Positions 23,540 through 32,529 of a DNA stretch of 39,953 bases are shown in pieces. Below the pieces are notes generated by a model, which saw only the letters and a program-made list of their open reading frames with translations, was not told the DNA's origin and ran no database searches. Every line of letters starts with the position of its first letter. Position 1 is the stretch's first letter. This DNA comes from a virus, in the IMG/VR virus record IMGVR_UViG_3300040801_001099, positions 1-39,953 of that record; one strand, 5' to 3'. The position numbers and the translations under genes are program-made.

Positions 23540-23636
23540 GCACGCACACTATACCCGTAAGTAGGCACGTCAAACGCGGGAGTGACGGGGCGCGTATCGT
23601 GCACGCAACCCCCTTGCGTGCTCACTCTTCTGACTC
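23525..23636. repeat. 22-bp perfect inverted repeat with 68-nt spacer
   Basis: GAGTCAGAAGAGTGAGCACGCA (23525-46) pairs with TGCGTGCTCACTCTTCTGACTC (23615-36). Confidence 0.9.
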
Positions 23637-23748
23637 TTTGTGCCCGTGCTGCAATGGCGTTAGAGTTTTAATCAATAGGTTAGACCATTCGCGTTTTTAC
23701 GATTGCCCTTTGTGTAAGGGCTCTGGGAAATACAACAACAAGGTCTGA
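23536..23748 (+). CDS. Zinc-finger mini-protein (DnaJ-type CxxCxGxG)
   Basis: GTG start overlapping the upstream TGA. Contains CPCCNG ... CPLCKGSG. Confidence 0.5.
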   Translation: MSTHTIPVSRHVKRGSDGARIVHATPLRAHSSDSLCPCCNGVRVLINRLDHSRFYDCPLCKGSGKYNNKV

Positions 23749-23966
23749 TGATGGAGCACATTGACACTTTGCTTTTCCATATACGAGAGGCGCAAAAAGC
23801 ACTTGAGGATGATTACCCGAGATACAAGGATTACGGGAAAGAGCATAGCGTATTAAAAGCAGTTCAGTCTTTGCGCCGGGCGCACCAGGTCGCTACTGTA
23901 ATCAACGCCACCCCTTGCGGACGCAGTTCCGCACAGGGGATGGTTGAAGCTGATGGAGGTAAATAA
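23748..23966 (+). CDS. Hypothetical protein
   Basis: 72-aa ORF with a TGATG overlap. Confidence 0.5.
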   Translation: MMEHIDTLLFHIREAQKALEDDYPRYKDYGKEHSVLKAVQSLRRAHQVATVINATPCGRSSAQGMVEADGGK

Positions 23967-24139
23967 TGTGGAATCCTGACACATGGAAAATACTGATGGC
24001 TGAAAATCCAGCAATGGAAGAAGCTAAATTACACGGCAAAAAAAGCATTTACAAGTGCGATGAAACCGGAGGGACGATCACTGCTTATTTATACGATGGG
24101 CAAATATTCATAGATGAAATAAAAGAGGTGAAATCATGA
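23966..24139 (+). CDS. Small hypothetical protein (57 aa)
   Basis: Hand-translated as MWNPDTWKILMAENPAMEEAKLHGKKSIYKCDETGGTITAYLYDGQIFIDEIKEVKS. It overlaps both neighbours. Confidence 0.4.
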   Translation: MWNPDTWKILMAENPAMEEAKLHGKKSIYKCDETGGTITAYLYDGQIFIDEIKEVKS

Positions 24140-24483
24140 GCTGGACCCACTTATCTGATACGACCCCTAAAGCCCGTAAACAATATCGGTGTGATATTTG
24201 CAATGAAATTATTGAAGTCGGTGAAGATCACGTTGCCAGACGTGGAGCGGGTGAGGGGCGCATAGTGACGATGAGGATGCATCTTGACTGTGAAGAATTC
24301 TCTAAGGCGTGGGATCAAATGGATTGGGAGTGCCACTGTCCGGGTGATTGTACACGTCAGGAGGTTCGTGATTCTCTGGCACGGAAACTCAACGCATCTG
24401 CTAATCGGCACAGCGAGAAACGAGCGGAGTCCGATTCAGCAAGTGGCCGAACAAAATCACCGTCCGTTTGTCAAATAGTTTGA
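24136..24483 (+). CDS. Cys/His-rich (zinc-binding) protein
   Basis: Contains CDICNE...HLDCEE...CHCPGDC. 115 aa. It is the last gene of the accessory block. Confidence 0.55.
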   Translation: MSWTHLSDTTPKARKQYRCDICNEIIEVGEDHVARRGAGEGRIVTMRMHLDCEEFSKAWDQMDWECHCPGDCTRQEVRDSLARKLNASANRHSEKRAESDSASGRTKSPSVCQIV

Positions 24484-24670
24484 CTAAATGCAACTAAGTA
24501 AACTATGAGTTTACATAACAAGCAAAACGTAAACCAACAATTTGCATGGCGAGCGTAGCGTCTGGGCTGTAATGGGCCGAATGCAAACGGCTGTGACTGT
24601 GGCCGTCTATGCGAGACCAGTCCCTTTTTGCTATTGACTAAATCGGACAATGCGTATAAGAATTATACAA

Positions 24671-24913
24671 ATGAGCCGTGCATACGTTAGAAAACTTAGA
24701 GAACATCTCGCCAAAATCGAATCTGCCATTGATGAAGTCCTCACCGCTGGGCAGTCAATGTCACTAGACGATGGCGTGTCATACACCCGTGCGTCACTGC
24801 CACGGCTGGATATGATGCGTAAGCAGACAGAAGCGCAGATTGCACGAGCCACCGGGCGCAATCCGCTGTTTCAATCAGTGAATATGTCTGGTGCATACGG
24901 AGGCTCGAACTAA
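24671..24913 (+). CDS. gpW-like head-tail joining protein
   Basis: LREHLAKIESAIDEVLTAGQSMSLDDGVSYTRASLPRLDMMRKQTEAQIARATGR parallels the lambda gpW pattern ([27 protein letters not shown]...L..YI..LE.Q). It sits directly before the portal gene with a TAATG overlap. The start could instead be 24650. Confidence 0.55.
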   Translation: MSRAYVRKLREHLAKIESAIDEVLTAGQSMSLDDGVSYTRASLPRLDMMRKQTEAQIARATGRNPLFQSVNMSGAYGGSN

Positions 24914-26457
24914 TGCCAAACAAACTTGCGATCTCAAAAGCCATGGAGCGGAATGCATCACGGGAAACCGTGGCCCTTGAATACGAAGCCACTCAGTCCA
25001 ACTCCAATCGCAAGCAAGCGAAGACTGGCAAGAAGTCACATCAAGACATCACGTTCACTCAGTCGCAACGCCAGCGTGCGGAAAACGCCACTCAGAACGT
25101 GTTGGAGAACGTCCCGCTGGCCGGCTGGATGATTCGTCGCCACCTGGACGCTGTGGCCAATTTCTATGTGGACGTTGACTCCAGTGTGCCGAAGGAGCTT
25201 CGTGACCAAATCGAAGCATTATTTAAGTGGGCTGGCAAACCCGACCAGTTTGACGCCGCACGTCGGCACAACATCCAAGAAGCTTGGCGTTTGTACGAGC
25301 TGAACAAAGTCATCGACGGCGATTCGCTCATGGTCAAGATTGATCGGCGCAAGTCTCCACGCTATGGCTCTGTCCAACTTGTCGAAGGCTCACGCATCAT
25401 GACTCCACGGGATTTGCCCGACTACCTTGCTGGCGTTGACAAAGACGGATTCAAGAAAGTCAACGACCACGGTATCGAAGTGGATCCATACGGCGGCGCA
25501 AAGTCGTTTATCATCTGCAAGTACGCTCCCCGTGGACACCAGATGATGTTCGACCGCCGGGTGTTGGCTCGTGACGCTATCTACTCTGGCTATTTCAACC
25601 GCTATTCGCAGACCCGTGGCGAATCTCCGCTTCTGTGCGCTGTGAACCAGCTTCTCGACATCAAAGAAGGCATGGAGTACATCCTGCTCAAAATCAAACT
25701 CCATGCGCTGTTTGGATACGCCATCACCAAAGAAGCTATCTCCGACATCGGCGATGGCCTTGGCTCCACGGCGGAAACCGTAATCGACGAAGATGCCGAA
25801 TACGAAGATGATGCCGAAGTGGATACCAGCCGGGAAGTGGACATCAGCAGTGGCCCGTTCTCCGTGAATCTCATGGAAGGCGAGAAGATTCAGACAATCG
25901 AATCAGAGACACCGCCAGAATCCGTCAAGGATTACACCGAGCTTGCCATCCGCTCTGCGTTGCTTGCGCTCGACATCCCGTTCTCATTTTTCGACGCTGG
26001 CGGATCAAACTTTGCGAAAGTCATCGCTGACCGCAAGATGTACGAGATTTCAGCCGAAGCAAAACGTGCCAAAAACCAATCGGCCTATGAAAAATGGGTT
26101 GACTGGAAACTGGCAATGTGGACATCAGCCGATGGTCCGTTGTCGCAGTACAGCTACCGTGAATTGCGTGACCACATCAGTGTTCGTCCGCACCCGACAC
26201 CTTGGCTTGACAAAGAAGGCGAGATTGCTGCCGAAGAACGTGCCATCGCCCTTGGCATCAAGAGCATCCCAGACCTTGCCCGTGAGCGTGGCGTGGACCC
26301 GTATGAAGTGATCGACAAACAGGCTGAGTTCCTTGCATACGCAGAAGAAAAGAACGTGCCGATTTACATCGGAGACCCTGGGGCAAGAAGCGAACGTGAA
26401 AACAGACTTGACAATGAACTTGTCGAAGATGATACTGAGGAGACAGATGAGCAATAG
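24913..26457 (+). CDS. Portal protein (lambda-family-like)
   Basis: 514 aa, lying between the gpW-like and protease/scaffold genes, with an acidic C-terminus. The family assignment comes from position, size and my recollection of ...QTRGESPLL-type motifs. Confidence 0.8.
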   Translation: MPNKLAISKAMERNASRETVALEYEATQSNSNRKQAKTGKKSHQDITFTQSQRQRAENATQNVLENVPLAGWMIRRHLDAVANFYVDVDSSVPKELRDQIEALFKWAGKPDQFDAARRHNIQEAWRLYELNKVIDGDSLMVKIDRRKSPRYGSVQLVEGSRIMTPRDLPDYLAGVDKDGFKKVNDHGIEVDPYGGAKSFIICKYAPRGHQMMFDRRVLARDAIYSGYFNRYSQTRGESPLLCAVNQLLDIKEGMEYILLKIKLHALFGYAITKEAISDIGDGLGSTAETVIDEDAEYEDDAEVDTSREVDISSGPFSVNLMEGEKIQTIESETPPESVKDYTELAIRSALLALDIPFSFFDAGGSNFAKVIADRKMYEISAEAKRAKNQSAYEKWVDWKLAMWTSADGPLSQYSYRELRDHISVRPHPTPWLDKEGEIAAEERAIALGIKSIPDLARERGVDPYEVIDKQAEFLAYAEEKNVPIYIGDPGARSERENRLDNELVEDDTEETDEQ

Positions 26458-27577
26458 AAACATAATCCGTTTACAAGCATCCTACGCATCGCCAGTCGGC
26501 GTAACCGATGGCGGTGTCATCCGTGGATGTTCCATCACGACTGTAGGCGAAGCACTCGGTCACGGCGTACACCTAGACGAATCGTTTATTCTAGAAGCAT
26601 ACCAACAGGCAGAAAGCCTCCGCCTCGGCCTGAAAGCACGCTTCGGGCATCCGTCGATGTGCAACGAAGCCCTTGGCACTACTGTTGGACGCTTTAAGAA
26701 CTTTGCTATCTCAAGAGATGGCAAAAGACTACTTGGCGACTTGCACTTCGGTGACTACGCCAATGAAGATTACAAGAAGCACATCATCGGCCTAGCTAAA
26801 GAAGATCCAGAAGCATTTGGAACATCCATCGTGTTCAAGGTCGGTGGATATTACCGCAAAGACAAAGACGGGGCCGAAGTGGATGTCGAGCTGTCTGACA
26901 GTGGCACGGAGCGGTACATCGGATTCGACGGAGATCCTGAAGATCTGAGTGAAGAACTTTATGTCGTCTGTGGCGAAATGCTCGGATGCGACTTCGTTGA
27001 CGAACCCGCCGCAAACCCAGGTGGCCTATTTGCATCCGCAACACCCGCTCATGAAGTCAAATACTTTCTTTCAGAAAACCCAGAAATCAAAAAACTTCTC
27101 CAAAGCAACAAAAATGTTGTTGACATCATTGAGAAGTACGGCGTACATATAAAACAATACTTAGGTAAGGAACCTATTATGCAAGAAGAAAACACACATG
27201 ATGAAGAGGCTTTAGACTCCAATTCGGACATCTCACATGAGAATTGTCCTGAATCCGTAGAGGAGATCGAAGTCGATGTTGACGTTGAAGAAACTCAAGA
27301 AGCCGAAGTCGAAGAAGTAGAGGCTATGTCCGCTTCTGATTTCCGTGATCTTGTAGCCGAGTTCGGAGCCGAAATCGCCACTGAGGTGTTCGACGCAAAC
27401 GGTTCTCGCGAACTGGCCTTGTCACTTCAGAACACTAAACTCCAATCAGAATTGGACATCCTAAAGGGCAAAGTCGAAAAGCTCAGTGAAGAGCTGGCAG
27501 ACAAAGGCTCTGACGCAATTTCCTTTCAGGAAAGCCGCCCCGCCAAGCGGTCATTAACAAAAAATCTCAAAATCTAA
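26447..27577 (+). CDS. Prohead protease / scaffold fusion protein
   Basis: Internal ATG overlapping the portal stop. The N-terminal half is globular (GHGVHLDESF...FGHP...TSIVF). The C-terminal part is an acidic linker plus a coiled coil (LQNTKLQSELDILKGKVEKLSEELADKG), as in nested scaffold proteins. Confidence 0.6.
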   Translation: MSNRNIIRLQASYASPVGVTDGGVIRGCSITTVGEALGHGVHLDESFILEAYQQAESLRLGLKARFGHPSMCNEALGTTVGRFKNFAISRDGKRLLGDLHFGDYANEDYKKHIIGLAKEDPEAFGTSIVFKVGGYYRKDKDGAEVDVELSDSGTERYIGFDGDPEDLSEELYVVCGEMLGCDFVDEPAANPGGLFASATPAHEVKYFLSENPEIKKLLQSNKNVVDIIEKYGVHIKQYLGKEPIMQEENTHDEEALDSNSDISHENCPESVEEIEVDVDVEETQEAEVEEVEAMSASDFRDLVAEFGAEIATEVFDANGSRELALSLQNTKLQSELDILKGKVEKLSEELADKGSDAISFQESRPAKRSLTKNLKI

Positions 27578-27589
27578 GGAGAGAACCTA

Positions 27590-28531
27590 ATGGCAAACGC
27601 AACTAATACCCTCGCGGCTATCCTCAATCTGGGGGACGCCAACGTTGACTTCGAGGTCTCGGACTTGCTCCAGGCCGTTCCGGTGGTCAACCGCCTCACC
27701 GCAATCGCGTCCACCCACGGACACACTCACAAGTACATCAAAGAAGAGACCGCCGCTTCTAGCGGATTCCGTGCTATCAACGCAGGTATCAGCAACACCG
27801 CTGGCGAAGTCACTCTGATTACCGAAACCCTGAAGTTCCTCGACGCATCTTGGGAAGACGACATCGCCATTGCGAAGTCTATGTCCTCTCGTAAAGGCGG
27901 AATGGACGCTTGGGTATCTGACCGCACCCGTCGTTCTCTGGCCGCCGCTTTCGTTGGTCTTGAGAAGCAGTTGATCTACGGAGATCAGGCTCCCGGCAAC
28001 ACCTCTGGATTCACCGGACTGATTGACGGCATCGACTCCGAAATGATTCTGGATGCCGAAGGCTCTACCGCAGGTGAACAGACTTCCGTGTACGCCATCC
28101 GTACTGGACCGCAGGACGTGGCCGCCATCTACAACGGCGACAACAGCGGACTGATCGAAGTGTCCGAAGTATACAAAGTGCGCAAAGTTGACGGGTCCAG
28201 CGATCCCTACACCGCACTGCGTTGCGACATCGACGGATACCTTGGTTACCAGATCGGTAACAAGTACGCCGCCGCTCGTCTGGCCAACCTCCACGCATCC
28301 GACAGTGGCGCACAACTCAACGACGACGACCTCGCCGAACTGTTGAGCCTGTTCCCCGCCGCTCAGATGCCTTCGTTCTTTGCGATGACCCGACAGAGCT
28401 TGAAACAGCTCCAGCAGTCCCGCACCGCAACGAACCCCACCGGCAACCCCGCTCCGTTCCCCAGCGAAGCGTTCGGAATCCCGATCATCGTCACCGACCA
28501 GATCGTGAACACCGAAGCCGTAGTGTCCTAA
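27590..28531 (+). CDS. Major capsid protein (HK97 fold expected)
   Basis: 313 aa with a GGAGAGA RBS. It lies directly after the protease/scaffold gene and is followed by the strongest terminator in the genome. The antisense ORF 27587..28315 is a shadow. Confidence 0.75.
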   Translation: MANATNTLAAILNLGDANVDFEVSDLLQAVPVVNRLTAIASTHGHTHKYIKEETAASSGFRAINAGISNTAGEVTLITETLKFLDASWEDDIAIAKSMSSRKGGMDAWVSDRTRRSLAAAFVGLEKQLIYGDQAPGNTSGFTGLIDGIDSEMILDAEGSTAGEQTSVYAIRTGPQDVAAIYNGDNSGLIEVSEVYKVRKVDGSSDPYTALRCDIDGYLGYQIGNKYAAARLANLHASDSGAQLNDDDLAELLSLFPAAQMPSFFAMTRQSLKQLQQSRTATNPTGNPAPFPSEAFGIPIIVTDQIVNTEAVVS

Positions 28532-28542
28532 GCATCAATCAC

Positions 28543-28570
28543 AACCCTCCCCTTCGGGGGAGGGGTTTTT
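28543..28570 (+). terminator. Rho-independent terminator after the capsid gene
   Basis: CCCTCCCC-ttcg-GGGGAGGG followed by GTTTTT. Confidence 0.85.
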
Positions 28571-28583
28571 AAGGAGATAGATT

Positions 28584-29024
28584 ATGGCTATTGACGAAAC
28601 TTTTACTCAACGTGAAGTCCGAGACCCACGCAAATTAGCACCCAAGCTGGATGCTATCAGTGCGGTAGTCGCAGACGTTCCCGTTCTTTCTGTTACATCT
28701 GTTGACGGCGAAGATGGAACCGCATCCATCACCGTTCAGGCGAATGACGGAAACGGCGTTGCTCTCGCATCGAAGTACCTGGTAAGCGTGTGGGTGTCTG
28801 GAACTGATGGAGGCGCACCAAACGCATCCGCAGGGCAGACCGCATTCGCCGTCGCAACTGGTGTTGAGATAGCAGAAGTAACCGATCTCGCAGAATATCG
28901 TGTGCTTACGGACGCAACCGGAACAGCAGTCATTACGCTAACGGGTGCAGACGCAACCTATTACGTGATGGCGGAATGTGTTGGCAAGGTGGCGAGCGGA
29001 GCATCCGTAATCACTGGCAACTAA
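28584..29024 (+). CDS. Ig-like / head-decoration candidate
   Basis: 146 aa with beta-rich Val/Thr/Ala/Gly composition (SITVQANDGNGVALASKYLVSVWVSGTDGG...). It lies next to the capsid gene. Confidence 0.5.
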   Translation: MAIDETFTQREVRDPRKLAPKLDAISAVVADVPVLSVTSVDGEDGTASITVQANDGNGVALASKYLVSVWVSGTDGGAPNASAGQTAFAVATGVEIAEVTDLAEYRVLTDATGTAVITLTGADATYYVMAECVGKVASGASVITGN

Positions 29025-29096
29025 TTCCTTTGGTTCATTCCAATCGTCCCCCTTGCGGTTTATGTCCTTTTTCCGCTTGTGGGACATCTTTTTATC

Positions 29097-29420
29097 ATGA
29101 TAGACGCAACGCAAATCAAGGCTGACTTCAACAAGCTCCGTGACCCCAATCACGAGCATGGAGTCATTGTGACGATGGGCTTCGGTGGACAAACATGCCG
29201 AGCCATCAAATCCACCCGTGTCGAATCCGTAAGGCTCAATGACTTCGGAGAAGAAGTAGGCGACTTGTTCACGTTGAGATTTCTTGTCACAGATTTCAAC
29301 ACGCCACCCAAAGAGAAGGATGTCGTCACCGTCAACGGAGTTGAGTACCAAGTTGGCGAGGTCCGCACCAGCGGATTTGGACAAATCATGAGAGCATACA
29401 TCATCGACGAGGATTCGTAA
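29097..29420 (+). CDS. Head-tail connector/adaptor candidate
   Basis: Internal ATG of track ORF 29079..29420. About 107 aa, in the position typical of head-completion proteins. Confidence 0.5.
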   Translation: MIDATQIKADFNKLRDPNHEHGVIVTMGFGGQTCRAIKSTRVESVRLNDFGEEVGDLFTLRFLVTDFNTPPKEKDVVTVNGVEYQVGEVRTSGFGQIMRAYIIDEDS

Positions 29421-30304
29421 TGGTTTCCGCACAAGTCACAGGCGATAAAGAAATCGGCGAAGAAATGGTCAAGATGGCTGAGATCCTTGGCCGTGACGTG
29501 ACGCAGATTGTGCCGATTGCCGCCAAGGTGTGCGCCCGTGCAGGACGTGACATCTCAAAGCCAGGGCAGATTTATCGTGACATCATTCAGCGGAAGCTAC
29601 CGCCGAGAAAGAAAGAGATCAGCAAGCGGACAGATACCAGCCGAACATCTACGCATTGGGTAGTGTTCCGTAGGCAAGGCAAGAAGCCGTTCTTCGTGCC
29701 TGTGAATCCCAATCCGCATGGTGGTGACTACGATGACCCTGACAACACTCGTGAAGTGAAGGACTACGCCAAGAACGACAGCTATCGCAAGCGGAAGGGC
29801 AAAACCAGCACTCCGAGCGTTTACAAGTATCAACAGACACGCACAAGCACAACTAAGCGTGGTAAACGTGGCAACATTTTGGAATACGACACTCCTCAAG
29901 AGATCATGTCGATGCGTAAAATCGGCAGACGTGGATTGGCGGCAGAGTCTTGGGCGTGGATGGGCAATCAAGTGCCACGTTCTGGGTCCGCCATTGGCTT
30001 AAAGGGTCGTGACATGGGTACAAAGTGGAATCGAAACTCAAAAGCCAATCCCGACGCTAGAGAAAAGCAGAAGGCGCAAGTCGATAGGCACGTCAAGAAG
30101 TGGACCCGTGTTTCAGGTGTACTCGCTAAAGACAACGCCACTGTGAGCTTAGACAACCGACTCACCTACATTCAGAGGGCTTTCCCCGGCATGCAATCAC
30201 GGCTAATTGGACTGACTGCCGAGAAGCTTGTTGGCGATGCCAAACGGCGTGTAAAAGCGGCGGAAGCAAGAGCAAACCGAAAAACCAAAGCGAGGGCTGC
30301 ATAA
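29420..30304 (+). CDS. Head-tail joining protein candidate with a long, highly basic central insertion
   Basis: TAATG overlap. Its ends resemble HK97 gp10-type proteins by position. The centre is Lys/Arg-rich (RKRKGKTSTPSVYKYQQTRTSTTKRGKRG). Confidence 0.5.
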   Translation: MVSAQVTGDKEIGEEMVKMAEILGRDVTQIVPIAAKVCARAGRDISKPGQIYRDIIQRKLPPRKKEISKRTDTSRTSTHWVVFRRQGKKPFFVPVNPNPHGGDYDDPDNTREVKDYAKNDSYRKRKGKTSTPSVYKYQQTRTSTTKRGKRGNILEYDTPQEIMSMRKIGRRGLAAESWAWMGNQVPRSGSAIGLKGRDMGTKWNRNSKANPDAREKQKAQVDRHVKKWTRVSGVLAKDNATVSLDNRLTYIQRAFPGMQSRLIGLTAEKLVGDAKRRVKAAEARANRKTKARAA

Positions 30305-30744
30305 TGGCTGTTAAAGACGTAGAGAAAGACATAGAACACGCCATAGAAGCGTGTATCAACGCACGGCTCGCCACCGACGGCGTGGCTGGCGTAAGCTCCA
30401 ACACGCTGCTCACAGGCGCACCTGGAGAAGAGCCAAACTACCCGTACATCTTCGTGATGTGCCGACCACTCGCACACCGAGGAGCTGGAACCGACCAATG
30501 GACCGGAGACGCATCCGTTGAGATCATGACCAAGCACCAAACGCCAAAAGACAGGGACGCTACCACGATGGCGCAAATCCTTGGTTCCGTGGCGTATGCG
30601 CTCGATTACGACAACTTCAGCACACACACTCAGCGGATTAGCTCATTGGCCCTACGTCGGACTGGCGGCTCGTACACATTTGAAGGAAGCACCAACATCT
30701 GCTCCATCGACATCGAAATCATTAAAGCATGTGGACAGAAATAG
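30304..30744 (+). CDS. Tail terminator / neck protein candidate
   Basis: 146 aa with a TAATG overlap, immediately upstream of the tail-tube candidate. Confidence 0.5.
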   Translation: MAVKDVEKDIEHAIEACINARLATDGVAGVSSNTLLTGAPGEEPNYPYIFVMCRPLAHRGAGTDQWTGDASVEIMTKHQTPKDRDATTMAQILGSVAYALDYDNFSTHTQRISSLALRRTGGSYTFEGSTNICSIDIEIIKACGQK

Positions 30745-30806
30745 GTGTTGACAAAAGCATACACGACAATTAGGATAAAGAATATCCACTTTAAGGAGAA
30801 TACATT

Positions 30807-31451
30807 ATGGCAGCCGGAGATTTAGCAGCAACAGACATCTTTTCACTTGGAGCACCGTTCCATGTGCAGAACTCTTCTACGAACAATCAGAGGAGCCTCA
30901 CCGAAGTGCTTGGAGCCGATGGCGACATCAAATGTCTAAAGCCGTTTAACACCGTTGTAACCGCATCTGCAAGCTACGAGGTTTGCGGTAGTGGCACGCT
31001 AAGCATTAGTCTCGGCGCGGACGTAGGCGGGTATGTAGTCACATCTGTCGAGCTTTCGCACTCAGCTGGGTCAGCACCTACCGTGCAGATCGAAGGCATG
31101 GCATTCGACGGCGGAGAGACCGTAACCGAAAACACGTATGCTATCTCTCAGGCCATCGACATTGCATCTGTCGCTGGACTGATTTCGTCTGGCTTGGATG
31201 CCAACGCCGAAGCAACCGAGATCAGCTATCGGTGGGAATGCCAGCTCACGCAGACCATTGGTTCTGACGGGCAGGTGTCGTTTGCGGTGTCTCGGACTCC
31301 GAAGCTCACCTACACCGAGTCCGGCATCGGGACCGCCACCAGTGCGCCCGCCATCACCGGATACACGATTGAGTCTTACGAGAACAGCGACAGCAACCAG
31401 GAAACCGACACCTACACCGCAACGTTCGTCAAGGAACTTGTTTCCGCATAA
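30807..31451 (+). CDS. Major tail (tube) protein candidate
   Basis: 214 aa with an AAGGAGA RBS and beta-rich composition. It occupies the tail-tube position, separated from the tape measure by the two small ORFs expected at the chaperone position. Confidence 0.6.
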   Translation: MAAGDLAATDIFSLGAPFHVQNSSTNNQRSLTEVLGADGDIKCLKPFNTVVTASASYEVCGSGTLSISLGADVGGYVVTSVELSHSAGSAPTVQIEGMAFDGGETVTENTYAISQAIDIASVAGLISSGLDANAEATEISYRWECQLTQTIGSDGQVSFAVSRTPKLTYTESGIGTATSAPAITGYTIESYENSDSNQETDTYTATFVKELVSA

Positions 31452-31461
31452 GGAGTGACAC

Positions 31462-31773
31462 ATGGCATTTGATCCAGCACCTTCAAGTTTATTCGCCTCA
31501 TGGAGTGAGGACGGCACAACCATCTCTGTGCCTATCGCATCCATCACTGATCTCACCGCCGCCGAAGCTGACGGTACTACTGGCGACTGGCGTGATGTCA
31601 TGGCTCGCATTCTCGATCATGTGTGGGATTACCGTGCCGGTCTCGCCACCGCAGATCAGCCTGCCAAGTTTACGATTACCCGCAATCGCCGAGAATCCGG
31701 AACTTCTATTGTGAAACGATTCGTCATCGACATTTTCACCGATGTTGATGCGGACTCAGTGACGGCGGAATAA
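31462..31773 (+). CDS. Tail assembly chaperone-position protein
   Basis: 103-aa acidic ORF with an AAGGAG RBS. Confidence 0.5.
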   Translation: MAFDPAPSSLFASWSEDGTTISVPIASITDLTAAEADGTTGDWRDVMARILDHVWDYRAGLATADQPAKFTITRNRRESGTSIVKRFVIDIFTDVDADSVTAE

Positions 31774-31857
31774 TGGACAACCCAAAACCAATAAGGCGCG
31801 AGTCAGGAATGCCGATTGAAGATCGGATTCTTGAGCGTGACAAGGCAACATTTGACG

Positions 31858-32529
31858 ATGAAAGCGTACACGAAAGCAAAGATACAGCCGTTGATAGAGA
31901 AGCATCAGCGGATGTTGACGCTTGATGACGTTGACGTAATCGTTGAGTTAGACGAGATCGCAGGGCGCATTGAGAATGCGGTAAAAGTGATTGTTGACAA
32001 GGATTGGTTTGAGATCGATGGCAAGTTTTTTAAGAAGCCTACGTTCGCCCGAGAGCAACTGATTCAACGCATCCGAGAAGCTTACCCAAGCGGTAGGTTT
32101 GATGTCGCAGGTGTGCTTTACGCATTGGACCTCAATCGAACTGAAGCAGAGATCCAAAGCGTACCGTCACGAGCCAGGCTATTGAAATACGTCCTGACGC
32201 TCGACATTGGCATATCGAAAGCCGTAAGCAAGATTGAAGAAGTGTTCGGACTCACAGAAGATGCCGACGAGCCATCCGAGCCGTTTGACCCGTGGCATTT
32301 GTGTGCTGTGTTGTCTCGTGAGATTGGTGGCACACCGGATGATTGGTTTGACGCATCGCCACAGAAGATCAAAGGCGCAATCCGAGCGCACGAAGAGAAA
32401 ATCGAGGCGGAGTCTAAAGCGATGGGTGTGGCATCTGGCCCGCCCCGTGAAACACCGAAGCTGTTGGCTATCGTAGAGTTCAGAGACAAAATCAAAGCGT
32501 TGGAGGCATCATGGCTGGCGGTGGCGTAA
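31858..32529 (+). CDS. Tail assembly chaperone-position protein 2
   Basis: First ATG inside track ORF 31816..32529 (which has a TTG start). Its end overlaps the tape-measure start. Confidence 0.5.
   Translation: MKAYTKAKIQPLIEKHQRMLTLDDVDVIVELDEIAGRIENAVKVIVDKDWFEIDGKFFKKPTFAREQLIQRIREAYPSGRFDVAGVLYALDLNRTEAEIQSVPSRARLLKYVLTLDIGISKAVSKIEEVFGLTEDADEPSEPFDPWHLCAVLSREIGGTPDDWFDASPQKIKGAIRAHEEKIEAESKAMGVASGPPRETPKLLAIVEFRDKIKALEASWLAVA

Noticed and set aside
24630-24670. Sigma70-like late promoter (TTGACT ... TATAAG/TAAGAAT) in front of the gpW-like gene
   Set aside because: Spacing to any acceptable -10 hexamer is off: 15 nt to TATAAG, and 17 nt only to a poor TAAGAA. The host is unknown, so its promoter consensus is unknown too. 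I noted it only as part of the accessory-block finding.
27587-28315. 242-aa minus-strand ORF antisense to the capsid gene. Similar long antisense ORFs lie at 31071..31610, 32118..32666, 32492..33346, 38571..39134 and 39144..39824.
   Set aside because: All lie opposite + strand genes that have recognisable motifs or a clear operon context. Their products are low-complexity (Ala/Ser/Pro/Val/Arg-rich). They lack RBSs, and stop-poor antisense frames are expected in the higher-GC structural genes.
31462-32529. Programmed -1 frameshift in the tail-chaperone genes (G/GT-like). This includes the TTTTTTA run near 32026 and the two ORFs sharing one frame.
   Set aside because: The T-run is not in X_XXY_YYZ phase, and the -1 frame terminates within about 15 codons. 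31462..31773 and 31816..32529 are in the same frame but are separated by two in-frame TAA stops, so neither frameshifting nor single readthrough would join them.
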